From contig JBMNHS010000002.1 in assembly GCA_050950505.1 (NCBI GenBank), positions 32,001 to 96,000 of the forward strand: 64,000 bases of DNA. Direction: 5' to 3'. Origin of the DNA: Candidatus Methanomethylophilaceae archaeon (GTDB taxonomy: Archaea; Thermoplasmatota; Thermoplasmata; Methanomassiliicoccales; Methanomethylophilaceae). The notes below the pieces were generated by a model. The model saw only the letters and a program-made list of their open reading frames with translations. It did no database searches and was not told the DNA's origin. Shown in pieces: positions 59,801 to 64,000 of the stretch (position 1 is its first letter; every line of letters begins with the position of its first letter). The position numbers and the translations under genes are program-made.

Positions 59801-60613
59801 ATGAAAATAATGTTTTTGGGAACGGCGTCGGGAGCCGGCAAAACAACGGTTTCCGCAATGTACTGCCGTTATTTGGCCAGGAACGGAGTGTCCGTCGCTC
59901 CTTTCAAAGCTTCAAACTTATCTTTGCGCTCAAAGGAAGTCGCAGGGGGACGCATCGGGATAGGTCAGGCCCTCCAGGCCGAAGCAGCGGGAATCGAACC
60001 CACTGCGGATATGAATCCCGTGTTGTTGGAACCTGTCGGAAAAGGTTCGATCAGGATGTATCTGAACGGCAGTCCTCATTCGGAGATGGATGATAAAAAT
60101 TACATGGAAGCCGAATACATTCTTGAGGAAGCCTGCCTGGCTTTCGACAGGTTGTCCGAAAAATATGAAGCAATCGTATGCGAAGGTTCCGGATCCCCTG
60201 CCGAAATAAACATGAAAAACAGGGACATCGCAAACAAGGGAATGATAAGATCCAGAAACATTCCCGCGGTGCTTGTGGGGGATATCGAAAGAGGCGGCGT
60301 GTTCGCCGCACTGTACGGAACCTGGAAACTTATGCCGGACGACATCAGGAAATGTTTAAAGGGATTCGTAATCAATCGTTTCCGCGGCGACGTTTCAATA
60401 TTGGACAGCGGCATCCGAAAGATAGAAGAGATGACCGGAATGAAGTTTCTGGGACTGCTGCCTTATATGAAATTGGAACTCCCGGAGGAAGATTCCCCGT
60501 CCTGCGATGACGGAACCGTGGCGGACATAACCGAATCTTTGGATGAGATGATCGGCAAAGCCGAGGAATCCGGATTTGATTTTGACGGTCTCAACAGAAT
60601 TGCGAAAAGCTGA
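59801..60613 (+). CDS. CobQ synthetase-domain-only paralog (no glutaminase domain)
   Basis: GTASGAGKT, PFKASN, EGSGSPAE, DIERGGVFA, INRFRGD and LPEED motifs, then only a short helical tail. Confidence 0.85.
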   Translation: MKIMFLGTASGAGKTTVSAMYCRYLARNGVSVAPFKASNLSLRSKEVAGGRIGIGQALQAEAAGIEPTADMNPVLLEPVGKGSIRMYLNGSPHSEMDDKNYMEAEYILEEACLAFDRLSEKYEAIVCEGSGSPAEINMKNRDIANKGMIRSRNIPAVLVGDIERGGVFAALYGTWKLMPDDIRKCLKGFVINRFRGDVSILDSGIRKIEEMTGMKFLGLLPYMKLELPEEDSPSCDDGTVADITESLDEMIGKAEESGFDFDGLNRIAKS

Positions 60614-60697
60614 TTATCCGCCGGAAGCAATCCCCCTTACAGATTTTCTGTTCCTGAGAGTTCTGATTCTCACGGTTTCTCCGTCATTCGGATTTTT

Positions 60698-63600
60698 TCA
60701 TAAACGCAATCTTCTGATTCCGATCAGCAACGGAACAACCAGCACTACTCCCGCGGCCGCCATCTTGAATTCATATGTGTTCAACCGAGCGGTCCAAGGT
60801 TCTTTCTGCAGGGCACCGCTTACCGTCACGTCCTCGGTAACATTGATAATCAGAATATTTCCGTTGGCAGTTCCGGTGCCCGTATTGTGCCATTGGAACA
60901 GTTCTTCTCCGTCAGGCATCGCCTGCACAGTTAAATCGGAACCGTGGGGAACCGATATATAGTACGATTCTCCGGGACCCGCGATGAATTCCACGGGATC
61001 GTTTTCGTTCAAGACATATACGAACGACGTTTTATCATCAGATTTCACAGTCACAGTGTATACGTTGGCCACAATACCATCAACGGTGATTTCGATGTCT
61101 TCGATAATGTTCAGCAGTATCATGGAAACCGTGTCTCCGTTGCTTACCGTGGCGATTTCCGTACCGTTCATCAGGATTACGGGTACGGATTCGCTGTATC
61201 CTTCCTTCAGTGAAAATACAAATGCGAAGGATCCCTTATGATTAACAGGCGAAGAGTAACCTTCTGCGGGGACGAGAGTGTATCCGTCTCCGGGTACCAG
61301 GACGACATTGTGAGTCATTATCTCAAAGATTACCTCAAAGGTGTGATCGGCGGTGATGTTGAGGAACGTATAGGTTCCTCTGCCGTCCTCATCAATGTTG
61401 AAATCGACGGAAATACCGTCAGCCAATACTTCACAGATGCAATGCCCTTCGTCAGTCCAGAATGTGAATGTAGCATTGTTTCCGTGTTCAACAACGAAAT
61501 CACTGTCAGGGCTTACAGATCCTTCTCCGGACCAATCGACGGTCATCTCATATGTGATTTTCGTGAAAGTCACAAAAATGTCATGGTCGGATTCGACCGA
61601 AGATATAGTGTAAGTCCAAACTCCTGCGTCCGTTTCAACGGCCGATGCAAACACGTTCACATCGTTATCCGTAAGGGCATCAAGAGTGTATCCTTCGTTC
61701 GATGTTATGGTTATGGTAACGTCGTCTCCGTATGACGGTTCGTAATCATCGGCTGTGATGCTTCCGTTGCCGGGATTGTTGACGGATATCACGTAATATG
61801 CTTCGAATTCCACATGTATTGTGTGCGATTCTTCGACCTTCAGGAATGTGTAAGTTCCTATGCCGTCATCATCCACATCATAATCGACGGAAACACCGTC
61901 CACTTTTACATCTTTTATGCGGTATCCTGCATTGGCTTGGAAGGAAAAGATCACTCCGTCGTAAGGTACCTGGGTGTCGGTGGGATCAATATGACCGCCG
62001 AATCCGGCGGATGAGGTTATTGTGTTCAGGAATGCAGGCGACCACTTGGCATACAATGTGAAATCGGAAGTCACGGGCGTTGAAAAATCGTAGGCATTGT
62101 TAAAACCAGAGTCTAAGAACCATCCTTCGAAGATGTATCCGTAACGGGAAAAGTCTGCAGGCTCCGTCGGTTCTGTTAGTATGCCTCCGTCGAAAACTCT
62201 CCCGTCCGGAACCGGTTCATCACTCTTAGCATTGAACGACACCGTGTGTTTAAGTGCAAGCCACTTGCCTGTTGTTGCGTCGTAAGTGTATTTTTTGACG
62301 GCTCTGTCACTACCCGTCAATTCGGGTCCGTCGGGATCGTAGAACGACCCTCCCGTGGTTTCCGTGGCGTTTTCAGTGAATGTTATGGTTCTGCCCGTCC
62401 CACCTTCTATGGTCAAAATTGACAAATCAAAAGCGTCTATTACCAAGTCTGTCACTTCTCTGTTTTGCCCCGGTAATTTCCAATTGAAAGAAGTTCCGAG
62501 TATTGTGGATGTCGGATTTTCTTTAGCATGAGTTATCGTCAGAGTTCGGATCGGACATGAGTTGAAAACAGCGGTGCCAAAGTCAGTAACGGAATTAGGG
62601 ATTGTTATCGATGACAGATTGGAACAACTGGTGAATACACCGTCACCGATTGTTGTTACAGAATCCGGAATTATTATTGATGTAAGACCGGAGCAGCTAG
62701 CAAATGCATACTTATTGATTGTTGTCACAGAATCCGGAATTGTTATTGATGACAGGCGGGAACAATTATAGAACGCATAATTGTTAATTACAGTCACGGA
62801 ATCCGGAATTGTTATTGATGCCAGGAGGGAACAATTATAGAATAAATTAGTTTCTAGCTTATTCAAAGATGGTGATTCTCCGAATTCAATCGATGTCAAT
62901 CCGCTGCATCCTGAAAATGTATCACTACCGATTGTTGTCACGGAATCCGGAATTGTTATCGATGACAGGCTGGAGCAGTCCTTAAATGCAGAAATGCCTA
63001 TGGTTTTCAGTTTCGATGTTTCAAACAAAACATCGGTCAATTCGACACATCCAAGGAATGCATTTCTATTGATGTCTGTCACAGAATCCGGAATTGTTAT
63101 TAATGACAGGCTGGAGCAGTCCTTAAATGCTTCATTACTTATGATTTTTAGGGAAGACGTTTTCTCAAACACTACCTCCGTCAGGCTCTTGCAATTTTGG
63201 AATAACTGGGAGCCGATGGTTTCCACGGAGTTCGGAATTACTATTGATATGAGGCCGGTATTTTCAAACACATTTCTACTTATGGATGTTACCGAATTCG
63301 GAATCGTAATGGATTTGAGGCTCGAACAGTTTTTGAAAGCTTCACTTGGTAGTTCTTTCAAAAGAGAATGCTCCCCGAAGAGGACTGTGTCCAACGTGAT
63401 ACAGTTCGTGAACGCATTGGCATTAATTTTATTTACTGAATCCGGAATTGTAATGGATCCGAGGCTCGAACAGCTTTCAAACGAATTATTCCCGATAGTC
63501 TTAATCGAATTCGGAAGCGTTATTGAATCCAGGGCAGTGCAGCCGGAGAACGTATACTCTCGGATGGTTTCCAAAGAAGATGCGGCATCAAACGTTACTG

Positions 63601-63964
63601 TTGTCAACACTGTGCAATTCTGAAATGCGTTCTTTTCGATAGTCGTAACTTTGCTACCGATGATTAATGATGTCACATTTGAGTTGTTTTTAAAGGCCGA
63701 TTCATCAATTTTGGTCACATTATACGTTATGCTGTTTGATGTGACGGTTGCCGGAATCGTGATTTCGTCCTGATATTCGCCGGAAATCACGGTTGCTTCA
63801 CCGTTTTTCGGAACATTCAAATCATAAATTATCCCGTCAACTTCCACGCCGGAAGGCGCACCTTCCGACAAAGGTACCAATGAAAAACCAGCTGCAATCA
63901 GTAACAGCAAAGCGAATGTCGCCATCACTGTTCTCTTTCCCTTGAAATCACTTCGTGCTTTCAT
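60698..63964 (-). CDS. Cell-surface adhesin-like protein: BspA-type leucine-rich repeats, InlB-B/Flg_new repeats, C-terminal TM
   Basis: Signal peptide; many L.SITIPDSVTTI...AF..C repeats; GYIFEGWF..YDFSTPVTSDFTLYAKW; C-terminal TM plus RRLRL. Confidence 0.92.
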   Translation of the reverse strand: MKARSDFKGKRTVMATFALLLLIAAGFSLVPLSEGAPSGVEVDGIIYDLNVPKNGEATVISGEYQDEITIPATVTSNSITYNVTKIDESAFKNNSNVTSLIIGSKVTTIEKNAFQNCTVLTTVTFDAASSLETIREYTFSGCTALDSITLPNSIKTIGNNSFESCSSLGSITIPDSVNKINANAFTNCITLDTVLFGEHSLLKELPSEAFKNCSSLKSITIPNSVTSISRNVFENTGLISIVIPNSVETIGSQLFQNCKSLTEVVFEKTSSLKIISNEAFKDCSSLSLITIPDSVTDINRNAFLGCVELTDVLFETSKLKTIGISAFKDCSSLSSITIPDSVTTIGSDTFSGCSGLTSIEFGESPSLNKLETNLFYNCSLLASITIPDSVTVINNYAFYNCSRLSSITIPDSVTTINKYAFASCSGLTSIIIPDSVTTIGDGVFTSCSNLSSITIPNSVTDFGTAVFNSCPIRTLTITHAKENPTSTILGTSFNWKLPGQNREVTDLVIDAFDLSILTIEGGTGRTITFTENATETTGGSFYDPDGPELTGSDRAVKKYTYDATTGKWLALKHTVSFNAKSDEPVPDGRVFDGGILTEPTEPADFSRYGYIFEGWFLDSGFNNAYDFSTPVTSDFTLYAKWSPAFLNTITSSAGFGGHIDPTDTQVPYDGVIFSFQANAGYRIKDVKVDGVSVDYDVDDDGIGTYTFLKVEESHTIHVEFEAYYVISVNNPGNGSITADDYEPSYGDDVTITITSNEGYTLDALTDNDVNVFASAVETDAGVWTYTISSVESDHDIFVTFTKITYEMTVDWSGEGSVSPDSDFVVEHGNNATFTFWTDEGHCICEVLADGISVDFNIDEDGRGTYTFLNITADHTFEVIFEIMTHNVVLVPGDGYTLVPAEGYSSPVNHKGSFAFVFSLKEGYSESVPVILMNGTEIATVSNGDTVSMILLNIIEDIEITVDGIVANVYTVTVKSDDKTSFVYVLNENDPVEFIAGPGESYYISVPHGSDLTVQAMPDGEELFQWHNTGTGTANGNILIINVTEDVTVSGALQKEPWTARLNTYEFKMAAAGVVLVVPLLIGIRRLRL
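62600..63500. repeat. Nucleotide-level tandem repeats encoding the LRR units
   Basis: Recurrent GAATCCGGAATTGTTAT; ~53-bp near-identical copies at ~62937 and ~63078. Confidence 0.8.
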
Positions 63965-64000
63965 ATTCCATCACCCCGTCGGTACACTTTGCCCATCATC

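Noticed and set aside
59798-59803. TGA read-through or selenocysteine fusing the two in-frame cobQ genes
   Set aside because: The second gene has its own ATG at the normal family start with a GGAGG RBS upstream; the position is not catalytic and no SECIS was seen.
62600-63500. CRISPR array or DGR template/variable repeat
   Set aside because: The repeats are in-frame LRR coding units without unique spacers; there is no cas or reverse transcriptase gene and no adenine-specific mismatch pattern.

Overview
This is a gene-dense chromosomal window from an archaeon. The gene set (RfcS, Cdc6/Orc1, Trm1, Hjc, archaeal DnaG, RibC/RibL, FBP aldolase/phosphatase, plus Fhs, several Sel1 proteins and a BspA-type adhesin) points to Thermoplasmata, most likely Methanomassiliicoccales; that assignment is an inference. 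I call 56 intact host CDSs, mostly housekeeping, cofactor and metal genes, and one ~1.7 kb AT-rich foreign remnant (DUF1016 pseudogene plus a half hsdS cassette bounded by inverted repeats). Items absent from or mis-started in the ORF track: a box C/D sRNA whose D guide is positioned to methylate C34 of an intron-containing pre-tRNA-Met, a rubredoxin, a 38-aa membrane peptide, a probable CTG-initiated transporter, a shared TRP-box-like operator linking paaK to an MFS-aminotransferase operon, and a multi-hairpin ~205-nt leader on dnaG. The best candidate for an undescribed system is a sulfur/RNA-modification cluster (PAPS-reductase/PUA/Fe-S protein, cysE, cysS, a Cys-rich radical SAM enzyme, convergent ttuA). 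None of the 56 host genes ends in TAG, consistent with a pyrrolysine-decoding host. No rRNA, tRNA, CRISPR array or transposase was seen. All calls are by eye; no searches were run.
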